DNA of 64,000 nucleotides from Balanoglossus misakiensis (taxonomy: Eukaryota; Animalia; Hemichordata). Under the pieces are notes generated by a model. It worked only from the letters and a program-made list of their open reading frames with translations. It was not told where the DNA came from and searched no databases. The stretch is from the NCBI GenBank assembly GCA_040954595.2, contig CM082591.2:3028259-3092258 (forward strand), written 5' to 3'. The position numbers and the translations under genes were made by a program. Position 1 is the first letter of the stretch, and every line of letters starts with the position of its first letter. Shown here piece after piece: positions 25,344 through 39,900 of this stretch.

Positions 25344-28300
25344 CTACTGGACGATACACGAATCCTGTTCTTTAGCGCCCCTATCTTGTAACAAATAGAC
25401 TACGTCATCATGTCGATTATTATCGGCGAGAGCTATAGCCGAGTCGTTGAATCTGTCCTTCTGGTCGATATCACACCCTTCATCAAGAAGAAGCTTGACA
25501 ACTTCGGTGTGCCCTCTCGCGGCAGCTAAGTGCAGCGGCGTTCGTTTCTGTTTGGAGAGCATGTTGACGTCGGCTCCGTTATCCAGCAAAACTTGAACGG
25601 CTTCGACGCTGCCCTTCTCGGCGGCTACGTGTAGCGGCGAGCGCCCCTGGGAATCAGGTATGTCCACCAGCGACCAGTTCCCCGAGAAGAGTTCTTGCAG
25701 ACCTAGGGGGCCGGCGATCGACTGTCGGGGCATGCCCAGTCTGGTTGGCGACATCTGTGACCCATTCAGGTTTCTGGAACCGAGACCGTATCCAACAGAT
25801 GATCGCCGTCTGAGCATGCCGAGCTGTCCAGCTGTCGTGTTGGCGCCAGCAAGATCCTGGCCAATGGAGGGCCTGGAAGAACGACCGCCGTAGCCCTGAA
25901 ACTGTCGTCTGATCATTTCGTCTTCCTCGGGGGTGATGTCACTCTCGTCCTCATTGGTGGACGCCCCTCTCGAACTGCGCCGCCCCGAGCTGTAAACCTG
26001 GAACCTCTGCTTGAGGAGTTCCTCCTCTTCCGGTGTGACGTCATCCCCGCCAAAAGCACTGCCGCGCCGAATGCGATAGTCGGAAATTTCGAACTCTGCT
26101 GGAGCTGGAGCCCTTCTCTCCGTATTCGTAACCGTCTCCACGCTGCCCCGTCTGGAGCTGCGTCGCCTGGCGTAGGCGTCCTGGAACTGCCGCCTGAACA
26201 GGTCATCTTCATCTTCACCGATATCGTCGTCGTCGTCATCAGTGTGTCCGTTCGACATGACGCCAACCTTATTGGCGTTGTAGTCTTGCCAGACTGCGAG
26301 GCTCATGGGACCGATGTTGGGCCTGCTTGACCTCCTCGCCAGGACATGGTCGTGTTGTACGTTAGCAGCCTTCCCGATGATCTCATCCGTGGACCCCAAG
26401 ATCTCTTCAATCATATCTTTGTCTGCATTCATGGCGGCGCAGTGAAGGGGCGTCAGACTACATCCGTCGTACTGCATGGGGACGCCGTTTGCCAGGAACA
26501 CTCTCACCACGGACACATGGCCATAGATGACAGCGACGTGAAATGCTGATAGTCTGGCTCCGTACGTCTTATCCTCGTCGTTTCTCAAGAGGTCAACACT
26601 GGCGTGGTGTTTCAGGAGGCATTCGACAACAACAGTGTTACCGTTTCCCGCCGCCAGAATTAGCGGGGTGTCGCCATCTCTCGTCTGGGCATCGATGGGC
26701 GCGCCAAACTCCAGAAAGAACTTGACTGTCGCGAGATGACCTCGTTTTGCCGCCTTGTGAAGTGGGAGTTCTCCGCTGTTGTTCTTGGCGTTGACGTTGA
26801 TGCCGTTTTCGACCAGCGTCTCGATGATAGGGAGGTTACCGTGATCAGCGGCTTCGTGAAGTGCGGTGTCGCCAGTCTTCTCGGCTGCGTTGACGTCAGC
26901 CCCATGCCTCAACAACAGATGACAGATCTGCAAGTGGCCTCTGACAGCGGCAAGATGAAGCGGAGTCGTCCTGTGGATGTTCCTGGCGTTGACGTCAGCG
27001 CCCTCCCGTACCAGGTATGTGGTAACTTCGCAGCGCCCTCCGTGGACAGCGTAGTGTAAAGGGGTATTGCCTTCGAGAGTTCGCTCATTCAAGAAATCTT
27101 CATCATCGGGACGTTGGAGCAGTTTGTAAAGAATCTTCAGATGACCTCTATAGGCGGCAAGGTGAGTGGGCGTTTCCCCTATTCTGTTTGCCACGTGGTT
27201 AGCTTTCTTCTCCAACAGCATGTTGTAAATTTGCTCGGAACCGTAGTCTGTCGCGCCGTGTAGAGCGGTCTCGTAGGTGTCGTCGCGGCAGTTGACATCC
27301 AGATCGGGGCAGTTCTGCAGCAGGTACTTCAAGATAGTGAGATGGCCCCAGCACGCTGCTGTGTAAATGACACTGACGTTAGTCTTTGTGGGAATGGTGT
27401 AATCCGCACCGACTTCCAGGAGCGTCTTGACGGCGTCCAGGTGACCGGCACCGCAGGCGACATGTAATGGAGTTTCGCCAAACTTTCCCCTTTTGTTGAC
27501 GTCATGCCCCATTCTGTATAACCGCCGAATCATATCTCGATCACCGCATTTTGCTGCTTTATGCAAATCAGTCTGGTATTTCTCAACGGTAATTGCGCCC
27601 TCCAGCGATCGTTCGACTTTGGGAAAATTGAGCTTCCGTGCGATTTCAAGGGCTGTCATGCCATTGAATTTACTGGCCTCGTTTTGCACTTTCAATTTAC
27701 AGAACTTGGCGAAATTGAGCATCTTCTTAAAGATGGCACCAACAACCTTCGACTGGTTGTGTATTGTGGCGTGGTGCACTAAGGTGTAGCCATCTTTGAC
27801 CGCTGTCAGATCAGCCCGTTTGACCAGCTCTAGGGCTCCATAGTGGTCGCCATTTTCTATGGCATCGAACAACCTGTCTTCCGTGGTTTGACGATGGTGA
27901 AGGTGCATCCCTGTAAATATAATGGATAATGCTTTGTGTTGATAGAGTTTGCGCAATTGAGTCTAGTGTTACGTGTGGGGTTTTGGACGAGGCGTTTAAA
28001 TTGCCCAGCATGGCATGATTACCTCTCTCCATCTCTAACACGCCATTGTGTACTGATTGTGTCCTTGACTTTCTCAACTTTCAGTAAATACATGTATCTA
28101 ATAATAGTAACATCACATGTGAAATAAGATAGCTAATCTAAATCATGTCTGCACACGATTTGATAAATTGTGGCTGAAAATGATAAAAAAAAACCATGCT
28201 GCATCACATTTTGACAGCAATAAATGTGGCAGTCAATAGGTTAATCATTCTGGGCCTCAAAGTCAAATAATTTAGGCAAAAAACCCTAAAATTTCTGGCC

Positions 28301-29313
28301 AAGTCCAAGCATGGCTTAGCATTCACATTCCAATCGCGCGAAGGACGCGATCGTTCATGACTATATATAGCAAGTTGCGGTTGAAGTTGCTAAGCTGCGC
28401 GGGATTTTTACTAGACGCCATATTTAGCTTTTCTCAAAGCCCGCCATGGTCAGTTGGTCGGGGGTTAAAGGGACGTTGACATCTCAATCAACAAGGGGTC
28501 AGCTTGTAGTTCAGGCCAAAAACAAACATAGATGTGTCCTGCTTTTCAAGGGACGCAGACATATCTGACAAAGCTTCCAACTCAACCCTTAGAAAAGTAC
28601 ATGTACCAGTCTGTAAAGAACACCCCTGTATTAAGGACAGATTTTCAGCCGATGCTAACTAGCAACAGGTGGTTAACCGTTTTATAGGCCAGTATCTACC
28701 TCGACTCACCTCGTACGACCTATTTAATCTAGGTAAATCGGTTGTCTATTTTAGAAGCAGGGTTATCAGCAACAATTGTATTGTCAGCTTAAGTTAATCA
28801 TCTTGGCCTTGGTGCTATATCAGGTCACTGATAATTCTAACGATGATCTGATTGACTCCTCGGAAACCAAAGACCGAAATTAAGTTGCCCCATCGTCGAT
28901 AATAAAATATGTATAACCAAGTTGCTACAAGATTAGTTTGGTATAACTGGTGGTGGTGGTGGTTATATTGGTGGTTACATTGGTGGTGGTGGTAGTGGAA
29001 GCATTTTAGTGATGTCTATTGTCTTATTAGAATGGACAACAGACATACAGGAGGTAGTAATCTTAATATATATGATACAAAACCATATTAATTTTCACTA
29101 TGAGGTTGTCAGTTTAGGAACGAGGGTACCTGTCTGACGTGGTGTGTCAATGTATAACAATGAGATAAACGCTTTGTCTGTCTGCCAAAACAGATCTGGC
29201 GTTAACCTGCCAGTCTAGATTTCATTATAGTTAACATACATTGACAGATGTATTCAAACACTTGACCATTACATGTTTTGTGCAGACGAGCACTTACCTG
29301 TATGAGCCATCAT
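25344..29313 (-). CDS. Ankyrin-repeat protein, paralog of the previous gene, with a central low-complexity RRxS-rich insert and CaaX (CIVQ); join(29313..29298, 27910..25344), ~860 aa
   Basis: The N-terminus aligns with the first ankyrin gene (EDRLF...ALEL.K...GY.L.H...NE.S...G.TA.EIA.K). Micro-exon ATG ATG GCT CAT ACA G|gtaagt matches the phase of acceptor atttacag|GG ATG at 27910, though exon 1 is less certain. The protein ends DSCIVQ*. Confidence 0.85.
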
Positions 29314-30895
29314 CTCCCCTAACACAGTGTGACGCGGTGTGCGAGAGAGCGGATTCTCGACCGGTGGGATTGAAGACGGGGTCGCTTCTTCTCACACTCC
29401 GTCAGAAATGGACGCCGATTCGCTGCTCAGCATGCTCCATCGTACGATATTTAACCAGGCACGCGAGAAGTCTGCAGGGTTTGGTGTGAGCATGCGCGTG
29501 TCGTCCGTTTGCCAGCAAGTGCAGTCTTGAAGCTATTAAACACAAACTCGCGGCTGATGTCGAGCCTGAATTGACGGCGAATGGTAACCAGTCTGTAGAG
29601 TGATGGTTTACGACACAAGTGCCAAACGTCGGATGCCCTCGCAACGTCAACTGAAAGCGCCTCCCCGAATTTCAACAGTGCGTTAACCGAGCATGACAAT
29701 TACATGACTGACACGATACTCTTCATTCATCTCGTCTTCTGATTGGTCAGAAACTACCCACTTTTCTACTTCACTTAACTATTGCTAGATCTGGGAAAAT
29801 CGAAACTGTATCGCACACAAGTGTCTAATACACATAATGTCACGGCTAACAAAACAGCAAAATGTATTCCTGTTTTTCCCTCATAAATTGAGAGCTACGA
29901 GTAAAATTGGCTGTCACCGAGTGATGAGAGTTCAGGTAGCCAACCAATCACAATTGCCGTTACAACAGCTGTGCGAATGAAATATGGGTCCTGAAACTTC
30001 CCATGCCATCAAATAAAACACAAAAGTTTAAAGTCCACACGTGGACTAATTTTAGATGTGGTTGAATTTCGTCACAAAGGGTAGAATTTACTGGAAGCAT
30101 TTAAATTGGAAGGAGGCATATTAATATGTCAGTGCATTAATTCGAAACGTCAGATAGTTCAGTTATTAATCAGTTATTCATTTGTCCAGACAACCGTTCA
30201 TCAATAAGTAGGTCACCGGTAACAACCTAAGGCCCACCAATTGAATACTGACAGGTGTCGAAGCAGTAAAACACGTTAATGTTTAGCCTGAGCTAGCCAG
30301 GTTGTCACCAGATAGCGCCCGCAACCCCTTTGTGTAAAATTCTTTTATTCCAATGGACACGTTTGTTTGGTGCTATATGTCTGTAAATATACCCGAGTGG
30401 TTCATTGCATTATTCCGTTTAATGTGAGGCTGTTTCATTGTATTCCTTGTATTCTCATCGTGTCGACACGAACTCCGTAGACTGCTATTTATAACGTATA
30501 TGTAATATGACCTGGGTAGACACAAGTAGCCTCACTATAGTTCCCTTATGAACACAATCGATAGTGTTTATGGTTGAAATTAATTATTTATTAGTTCCTG
30601 GAACTCGTCCAACATGCTTTAAGGTTCGAGTGTCATTTACAGGTCGTAGGTTTTTCACTTTTAGTTCCGCCTTTTTACTTGAGGGCATTTTGTATTTATC
30701 CGGCAGTAGTTAGAGTCGATATTAGGCGGGTCTCCTCCGAATCCGCTGTCGTATTTCCGTCGATCGACAGGCAGACGCGACTGGCGGAGAGAGTGTCACG
30801 TGATTGCGCGAGACACTACAGTTTTTTTCCGGGTTCGCCAGTTTTGTCGCTGTAGTGTTGTTCGTCGTTCAGCACGTTGCTTTGAATTCGCAGAC

Positions 30896-33800
30896 ATGGC
30901 GTGCGGCGTGGCTTTCGACTGCGTCGAGCGTCGCCTGGCCACAGTCTACTATCGCTACGGCAGGTTCATCGGCAACCACCCGATGCCTTTCTTGCTGATC
31001 CCGTTGTTCGTCGCCGTCGGCCTGGCCGCCGCGATGGCGTTCTTCAACGAGAACACCGACGTGGAGTACCTGTACACACCTGAAAACAGCCAAGCCGCGA
31101 AAGACAGGGCCCGTGCCGAGGAACTGTTTCCTTTCAACGACGATGAACTATTCCAATCGCTGCGACAGAATCGACTCGGAATATACGGTCGTTTGATACT
31201 GACCGCAACTGACGACGGCAACGTGCTACGAGTTAAAACACTGCGGGAAATCTTAGAAATCCACAACTACGTGTCGAAGATTAACGCTTCTGATGATGGG
31301 AAAACCTATCAGTTTGAAGATCTTTGCGGGAAATGGGACGGAGTTTGTAACCAGAATATCATTTTGTGGCTGTATGGTTACAACGCCACAAGGGTCAGTA
31401 CTACAAACATCACGTACCCACTGCACACCGTCAACCCATTCCTCCAAGTCTTCATCGGAGGCAGTCTGGGAGGCGTCGATTTCCATGACGACCAAGAAAC
31501 AGTCAAATCGGCCACAGCCATGCAGCTATCATATTTACTGAAATACGATTCCGCTGAAGATGACAGACGGAGCAAAGCTTGGGAGTTGGAATTTCTGGAC
31601 GCCATGGCAAAATATGAACCCCAAAGCATCGCTGTCGCCTATTTTGCCTCACAGACTCAAGAACTGGAACTTGGCGAGAGCAGCCTCGGCGTGATTCCGC
31701 TATTTTCGATAACATTCACCGTTTTGATAACGTTTTCCATTTTATGTTGTGTCATGGCCGATTGGGTGCGCAGTAAACCACTTCTCGGCCTGTTGGGAGT
31801 CTTGTCTGCCACCCTGGCGGTCGTTTCCTCCCTCGGTGTCGGCAACTACTTGGGTTTGCCGTTTGTGAACGTCGTGGCCTCCATGCCTTTTCTCATATTA
31901 GGTAGGTAACCACTTTAAGATAGAAATTGTAAATCATGTTGGAAAGCAAGTACTCGTGGTGAAGGTCTATCCGGTTCCTCGTTTGGGTTGTTGGTACAAT
32001 AGCCTTTGTTCTGCTATCATAAAGGGAAAAGTTGCAGCTCAGTGTCCCTTTAATAATCAAACAATTTGCCCGTCTTTTCTCATAGGTATTGGCGTTGATG
32101 ATATGTTTATTATGATCGCCGCCTGGCGCCACACATCAACGACCCTGTCTGTTCCCGAGCGCATGGGTCGTGCCTACTCGGAGGCCGCCATGTCCATCAC
32201 CATCACAAGTGTGACGGACCTCTTAGCTTTCTTCATCGGCGCCATCACCTATTTCCCATCAGTGAGAATCTTCTGCATCTACACCGGCATAGCCGTGCTG
32301 TTCGACTACGCCTACCAGATCACGTTCTTCGGCGCCTGCATGACGTTATTCGGCCGCCGGGAAGCGGCCAATCGCCACTGCATGTCGTGCATGAAGGTGG
32401 TACCGAAAGCAGAGGCCCCGTCTCGACGGTACAGACTTTTCTGCGCCGGGGGATCCTCGGAGAAGACGCCGCCGATCGAAGAAGAAAACGAACATATCGT
32501 CTCTCGGCTCCTAAAAAACTACTACGGTCCGTTTATTGTGAAGACACCGATGAAAATCATCACCGTACTGGTCTTTGTTGTCTATATGGGCGTTGCTATT
32601 TGGGGCTGTACTCAAGTAGAGGAAGGAATTCGTCTGAAAAATCTGGCAAATGACGATTCGTATGCCGTCCAGTTCTACAATCTAGAAGACGAGTATTTCA
32701 AGGTTTACGGACCGGTCGTGGAAATTGTCATCGACGAAGAAGTTGACTATTCGTCCGCTGCAGTGCAAGACAAGATCGAAGCTGTCACCAAGGAACTTGA
32801 AGAAAGCGAGTATTTCCATAACAACAGTGACGTCACGCAGTCTTGGTTGAGGTCGTTTTTGTCTTACTTGGATGACGTGGGGCTGACGTACGACAGTCAG
32901 GAGTCCTTCATAGAGCTTCTCAGAACGCGGTTTCTGTTGCTCTCTCACCCGTTCAAGATTGACATCATCTTCGGCGCCAACAACGACAGTATTCTCTCGT
33001 CTCGTTTTTACGTCGTCTCGAAGGACACAGACACGGCGAACCGAGAGCGAGAAATGATGCTGGATTCTCGTAGCATCGTCGCCAGGTCGGACATCAAGAT
33101 GTTCGCCTTCCACCCTGCGTTCATATTCTACGAACAGTACATAGCCGTGTTGCCGAACACACTACAGAACATCGGGATTGCCGTCGCCGCCATGTTTTTG
33201 GTCTCTCTGATATTAATCCCTCATCCAATCTGTTCGATATACGTGACTTTGGCGATCGTTACAATTTCAACCGGAGTGGTAGGATACATGACATTCTGGG
33301 ATGTTAGATTGGATTCGATTGCCATGATCAATATCATTATTTGTATCGGTTTCAGCGTCGACTTCTCGGCACATATTACATATGCTTTCGTCATCGCCCC
33401 GGACAAGACACGTGATGGTCGGGCCGTATCAGCGTTACATATTCTGGGATGGCCGATTATACAGGGGGCTCTGTCGACCATTCTTGGGGTAGTCGCACTA
33501 TCATCGTCAGAATCGTACATTTTTCGGACATTTTTCAAAACTATGTTTCTGGTCATATCAATCGGCGCGGTTCACGGGCTACTTTTCCTACCGGTCTTCT
33601 TGACTATGATTGGTCCATTTAAGCCAATCAGAAGGTCGAATAGGGAGACGCTGCTGACCGAGGGTCGCGACTTTGACGACAAAGAGATGAACTCGTTTGG
33701 GTGCAACCATCCGATATCCGCCACAGGGGACGCCGATGGGGATGGCGAAACTGGCGAAGCTGTGAAGAACGGGGTCGTTCATGCGGGCGACGGGGGTGTT

Positions 33801-34226
33801 TCTGCTATTGTCGTCGAAGCGGATGAAACTCCCGAGCGGAACAAAAGCGGCGAGGGCCAATCGGGATCGTCATCCGCAAGTCCCGACCACTCGTTGCAAT
33901 TACCAGGCACGCCAGACGCGAGCGACTACGAAGATAAGATTCCCCCGAAGAGGAAAAATGATGAGACCACAACACAAGACAGCGACGAGTTAACACAGAG
34001 CGCGGAAGACAACCAACACCATGGAAACTCGCCTGCTTCGGTCGATGACGCCGACTCAACCAACCAGGCCGCCGCAAAGCACGGTGACGACTCGAAGATC
34101 CCACGCCCACACGCTGGGAACGAGTTGCCACCACTGCGCCAAACCAAAGAACTTGATGTGTTGGAAACTCTGGAAGCTATAGTGAAACTCAAACCAGACA
34201 CCGACGATTCATCCACGACGGTCTAG
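30896..34226 (+). CDS. Patched domain-containing (PTCHD3/PTR-like) sterol-sensing RND-type membrane protein, copy 1; join(30896..31901, 32086..34226), ~1048 aa
   Basis: Donor G|gtaggt at 31901 and acceptor tcttttctcatag|GT at 32086 rebuild the SSD motif PFLILGIGVDDMF. SITITS.TD, IGFSVDFSAH and HGLLFLPV are present, with a long acidic C-terminal tail. The joined length of 3147 bp is divisible by 3. Confidence 0.93.
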
Positions 34227-36196
34227 AAATTAGCGTGTATAATGATATAGACAACATTTCAACGCGTCCGTCCCTATTATGTCCATCCCAAGCTTTCTAT
34301 ATAATGCGTTTTAATCATTTATCTACATAATTTAATCACCAAATACTTAGGAATATCAGTAAATATCGGAATCAAGGCTAAACCAGTTTTGGACCAAGTG
34401 TGCCCGTTCCAGTCGATTTTGCTTGCCAGTCGTCTTTCCGGAAACAAACGGATCAGTTATCATTTCTGATTTTACATTTTAATCAAACCAGCATCGCATC
34501 ACAGAAAAAATATCAGGTGTATCAATTCCGGTTATTTATAGTGATTTGTTTGGTAATATTGTTTCAATCAACGTCATATTGGCTTTATTTAGTGTGGAGT
34601 GTGATGAAGATAAACTATATTATATGCACTTTTGTCAGTATTTTTGTTAATATGATATCGGTCTGTGAGTCTGTGGCCAACATCGCAATCAAGAACGCTT
34701 CATCATTCGAATTCGCTCCTGCTGACGTGTCTGGTTTGTTGGGTCGTGAGTTCGTCCCTCATGGCGCACATTCGTCCTTGTGACTCTTACTCATCAGTAC
34801 TTAAATGCCGTTTCTGAATATATGGCGCTCGTTCTGACCAAATCCTATCACTCACTGGCAATCCAGTCATTCGGGGTCTTGCAGGGGAATTTCCCTTTCA
34901 CTTTCAACACCGATGATGTCATTCATCCTTCCCATAATATGATCCCTGTGTTGACGCGAGTTCACACAGGGTAAATGTCATTGTCGTTTATTGAAGGTCG
35001 ACGCTTGTCTGGCCGCTGATGGCCTAATTAAAATGGCGGCGGCTCACTCACATATACTTATCCCTTAGTTACTGTCTGTTTTTCTGTGATTTGTGGCGAT
35101 AGCAATCTTGCATATCTCGAATTTTGTTTTCCTTGATCGTAAAAAAAACAATCGATAATACATCCCAAGGTTGTTGAGTTCACTACTTATCACGGTGGCA
35201 TTCTATTGTTTATCCAATTCAAGGTGAATCGGTCTCAGTTCGGCGAACGAACACCTGTGAACAAATTCCCTGGTAAGGTGCCAAGAATATATATCCTCAG
35301 CGCCCTCAACGTCTTTTTGGCATTTTAAAAAAACGAAGTCAAACCATACCAGTCGTCAAACTACACCAGTAAAAATTAAAACATACTATCAGCGCCTCTT
35401 TAAGATCTTCGTCTGGAAGCGAAGACGGACAGCCAACCTTTGACCTTCAGTAGGACATTATTTAGTCTGTGTAACAGAGAGGTCATCCGATAACTTGTTC
35501 GGTATTTGACATGTGATATCACTGTCATGTCAGATACATACCAATCAAAACGATTTGGGCGATGAGAATAAAATCAGCCCTGGACGTAAGCAAATGCTTA
35601 GAGGACAAATATAACACTGAAAATTGTGAACTTCTTTAAGGTTGATTGAAATGATACTCATAAAACGTTACTCATAAAATGATTTTCAAATCTTACCTTA
35701 AAGAAGAATGGGTCTTAGTCTTCAGATCTTCACTGACCTCCATCCGTCCGTCGGCACGAATCGTATTACGTCAAATGCACGGCCATGACCTTATCGTGAA
35801 TAAATTAACGGTGTGTCTTTTCTTTCAACCGTCATAATGACCATGGTACGACCAGGTTCAAACTACCCATTTACAAACGCGTGTAGCTCGAAATTCTGTG
35901 CCAGTGATGGGGGCCGATGCGTTCCTGAAGAGCAAACAGCCGACTATACTCCAGTAGTGATGTATCTCGTTCCAAACCAGGGTCATTAGAATCTGATACC
36001 CGACCTAACATTTACTTATTTTAAATTTTGCAAGCGCGACCTCGGCATCACAGTCTTCGGATTCCAGACTACCATTCTTCGGGAGCTGATCAACGCCGGA
36101 TTGTTTCAAAACAATCTTCCTTTTTAACTGTGCAGTCATGTCAAGAATGTAATCGATAAACAAAAACTACTAAAACAGTAAAAACAACATGGTCAC

Positions 36197-36255
<59 letters not shown>
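36197..36255. repeat. (GAT)n trinucleotide microsatellite
   Basis: About 19 perfect gat units, which explain the spurious poly-Met ORF. Confidence 0.97.
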
Positions 36256-36945
36256 CAGAACAACAAAGACAACCAAAGGCAAATAATTTATCACATGTCA
36301 CAATATTTTTAATGGTAGCACTTACCACACGTCAAGCACAACGCTGTCTGATCAACACCGAAAGCAGCGTTAACGTTGTAGGTGCAATAATATAGAGTTG
36401 TGGTGATTCTGGGCAAATATACACACAATTAATCCATATATATAGCAAAGTGTGAATTTTCAGAATGTCTTGGTCACGTGTCAACCCTATTTCCTGATAA
36501 TGAATTATGTGCTGAGCAGTATCTGTAGTATAGACGCGACACACGCCACTGTTGCATTGAGATTGCAATAAATACATGTACGCAGAAATATTCTCCAAAT
36601 ATAATACCTTTTGAAAAAGTCATTACAATTCACGAATAAATAAACTAATAAATAGATTTATAGTGCGCACATATTGAAATAAATCCGATGAAGTCGGTAT
36701 TCAGCTCTGCATTGCAAATGTGGCTAGCCACATATCACCTGCACACTTCATTAATATCTAAAAGTCGAATACAATAATATTCCTTTTAAAGAAACATTAT
36801 CGCTGTTTTGTCCATATACTGAATGTACTAAGTATTTCAGTAACAAGTCCAAGAAACATTGATACCACAATTAAACACCAAACGAAGTTGACGCCATTTG
36901 CAAATCCGAACATTCGCCGAGGCGAAGAATAGTTCGTGTCGCCAA

Positions 36946-39900
36946 CTAAACACTGGTTGTCATACACGTTATGACGTAATTTGATTCATCCAAGGTTGGC
37001 GCATGCGTTTGGTTTGACCGGTTTTGTCCGGTATCCTCGACGATTTCTTCAAAATCTCGCGAGGCGGACAAGGTGTTAGAGATACTGGCCAACTTTGACC
37101 CCGTACGTCTTTCGCTTTTCTCTCTCAGGCGTCGTGCGATTGGTTGCCACAGTTCTCCTTCTAAAACATATTCATAATCGATTTCGGATTCCCGGTACTT
37201 TGGATTCAGCACCACGCGGAATGACGCCAACATTTCTTCGGGACTGCGATTTGCGTTTGCAATGTCCATCATTTCGTGTATGTCCTTCTCCTGTGGGCGT
37301 GTGCCTTTGTCCTGTTTTCGAACCGATTTGGAAGGCCCGAGGAACGAGAGGAGCACTGGCAGGAACAGCAAACCGTGCAGACCGCCAAATGTTATGCCAA
37401 GGAACATGGTTTTGAAAATGGCGCGAAAAGCGTACGTTTCTGACGTCGAGATCAGCGCTATGGCGATCACCGTCGAGGTGACGCTTTGCAGGATGGGTAA
37501 ACCCAACAAGTGGAGACTTTCGACGGCCCGTTCGTTGCGAGAATCCCGCGGGGAAATCACGAAGGCATAGGTCACGTGGGCAGAGTAGTCGACGCTGAAA
37601 CCGATGCAAACCACGATGATGATCATAGAAACGAAGTCAAGACCGACATCCCACAACGCCATGTAGCCAAGCACACCGACCACAATCGAAGTAATAGAAA
37701 CTGTGACGTACAGACCACAGATAGGCTGTGGTATGAGGAGTAAAGAAACAAGCAACATACCAACAGCAGCTATCAAGACGTTCTGAATGGTGCTTGGCAA
37801 TATGGCGTCAAAATGGTCGTCAAAAATGAACGATGGATGATAGGCCAGCATGGGTATCCACGACGCACTGGCAATATCCCTAGATTCGTGCATAAATTCT
37901 CGTTTCAGTGTGGCACTCTCACTGGCTCGGTTGCGAGAATACACGAGAAATCGCGAGGACACGATGTCCTTGTCGTCAGCCGAGAAGACAACATCCAGTT
38001 TGTAAAATTCATATCGTGGCAAGAAATCGTGCTGAAGGTGATAAATAAATGTATCTTCGTTTTCAGCGGATAATCCAGTTTGGTTCAGGAACTGTACATA
38101 ATCGGTGAGCCAGCACCGGGTAGCGTACCCTTCTCTGTAATAATACACATTTCCCTGATAATTTTCTATGACATTGCTAATCTCTTTTTGCACAGCCGTG
38201 TCGGAATAGTTTTGTGGGGAAGTTATGATGACCTGAACGACAGGACCGAAGTTTTGAAAATATTTCTGTTGAGTGTCATAATACTGCACACTGTACGAAC
38301 TTTCCAAAGCCAATTGCTGTGGGATTATTCCTTCTGAGAGTTGAAGACATCCGAAAACGGCCAAACCAAGGTATCCGAGATAGATAAATGCGGTCAGAAT
38401 TTTGAACCATGGGCGAGTTACGAGTGGGCCGTACCATTCTTTGAAGAATTTCATAACAATGTGCTCGCTTCTTTCGTGTCCGCCATTTTGTCGCTTTTTG
38501 GAAATCCCGCCAGAGCAAAACAGCCTGTAGAGCCCAGAGGGCGCTTCTGATTTAGGGAGGACTTCCCTGAACGTGAGACAGTGTTTATTTTGTTCCTCGC
38601 GTCGACCGATGAGGGCCATGCAGCCGCCGAAAAATGTCAGCTGGTAGATGTAGTCAAAGACGATAGCCACTCCGCAGTAGCAGCAAAATATTCGAACGGA
38701 GGGGAAGTTGGAAATGGCGCCAATGCCAAACGCCAGGGCGTCGGTGATGCTGGTTATTGTGATGGAGAGGGCGGCTTCTGAAAATGTCTTTCCAAGTCGG
38801 TCTCTGGCTGACAGATGTGGTGACGTTGTACGCCAGGATGCAATCATGATGAACATGTCATCAACGCCAACACCTGGAAATAAAAGGATAAACCCAGCCT
38901 TATTAAGAAGAAATGGACTGATTACAAAACATGACAGTTTTCTCGAGAACACGGGAGCGCTTGTTGAAGCCTCTGAATCATAAATCTGATCACGTTCTTG
39001 CTTGTGAAGTCACCTGGAAAGAAATGAGGTGACTGCTTGTATTCCACGTCGAAAGTGACCCCGTTGTTCTGTTTTCTTATAGATCTTAATTGGAATTCGT
39101 TGCACTCGCCTGAGCACAGAAAAATAAATCTGTGTCTGAAAATACGCAATTGTCACCACCACATGCTGTTTATAATAACCGTGCATCTTTCGGACCAATA
39201 TAACTTTACCACTGATCAGATGCTTTGATGAATAAATTACTGCGTTTCTGCTGGTAGTTATCGCCGGCTATTTTTATCACAAAATCTGTCCGATGCAAAT
39301 GTTCGCTCGATCGGACACTGCCCTGAACGCCTGTATTGTTACGCGTGTTCACGGGGCTGTAATTGCAGGCACACTTTGAAAAGAACTGTCGTCACTAATT
39401 CGTGGGGATACAATAGTAACACTATAAGTAATTTCACCGCTTGAATTGCGGCTAAACGAGGGGGTTATTCATGGTCAGAGCACTGAGCAGAATCGTCGCG
39501 GTCAACGACTTTATGAACACTGCACGCGTTGCTGCTGCCATGGGCGACAGTTGCGACACGTAAACATTTTATTATTTCACAATTACGTCACTGACAATTG
39601 ATATATTTCCTTCAAACAAGTGGGGACCTTCACCCTTGGTCACCGAACAATGAATACTAGTAGTCCAGTCAGTCGATTTTCTGACACTGCTCTGTTCTGT
39701 CCAAATAAAACACGACACCACGTACGTACAATTGCGCTTTCGTCCACATGTTTATGCTAAACAGGCTTGGTTGGTTTCAATGCATTGTGCAGTCTATGTG
39801 AATTTGCTGTGAATAACATATTCCCCAGCCTGACCGTTGCTGGATTCATTATGAATGTCAATAATTATTAGAGGCTCTATATGTGGGCGTCCGTTATGTT

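Noticed and set aside
31956-32085. N-terminal extensions of the 756-, 668- and 690-aa PTCHD ORFs as separate genes
   Set aside because: These are intronic sequence upstream of clear acceptors. Each ORF is exon 2 of a two-exon gene.
36189-36395. Poly-methionine ORF
   Set aside because: It is a translation of the (GAT)n microsatellite.
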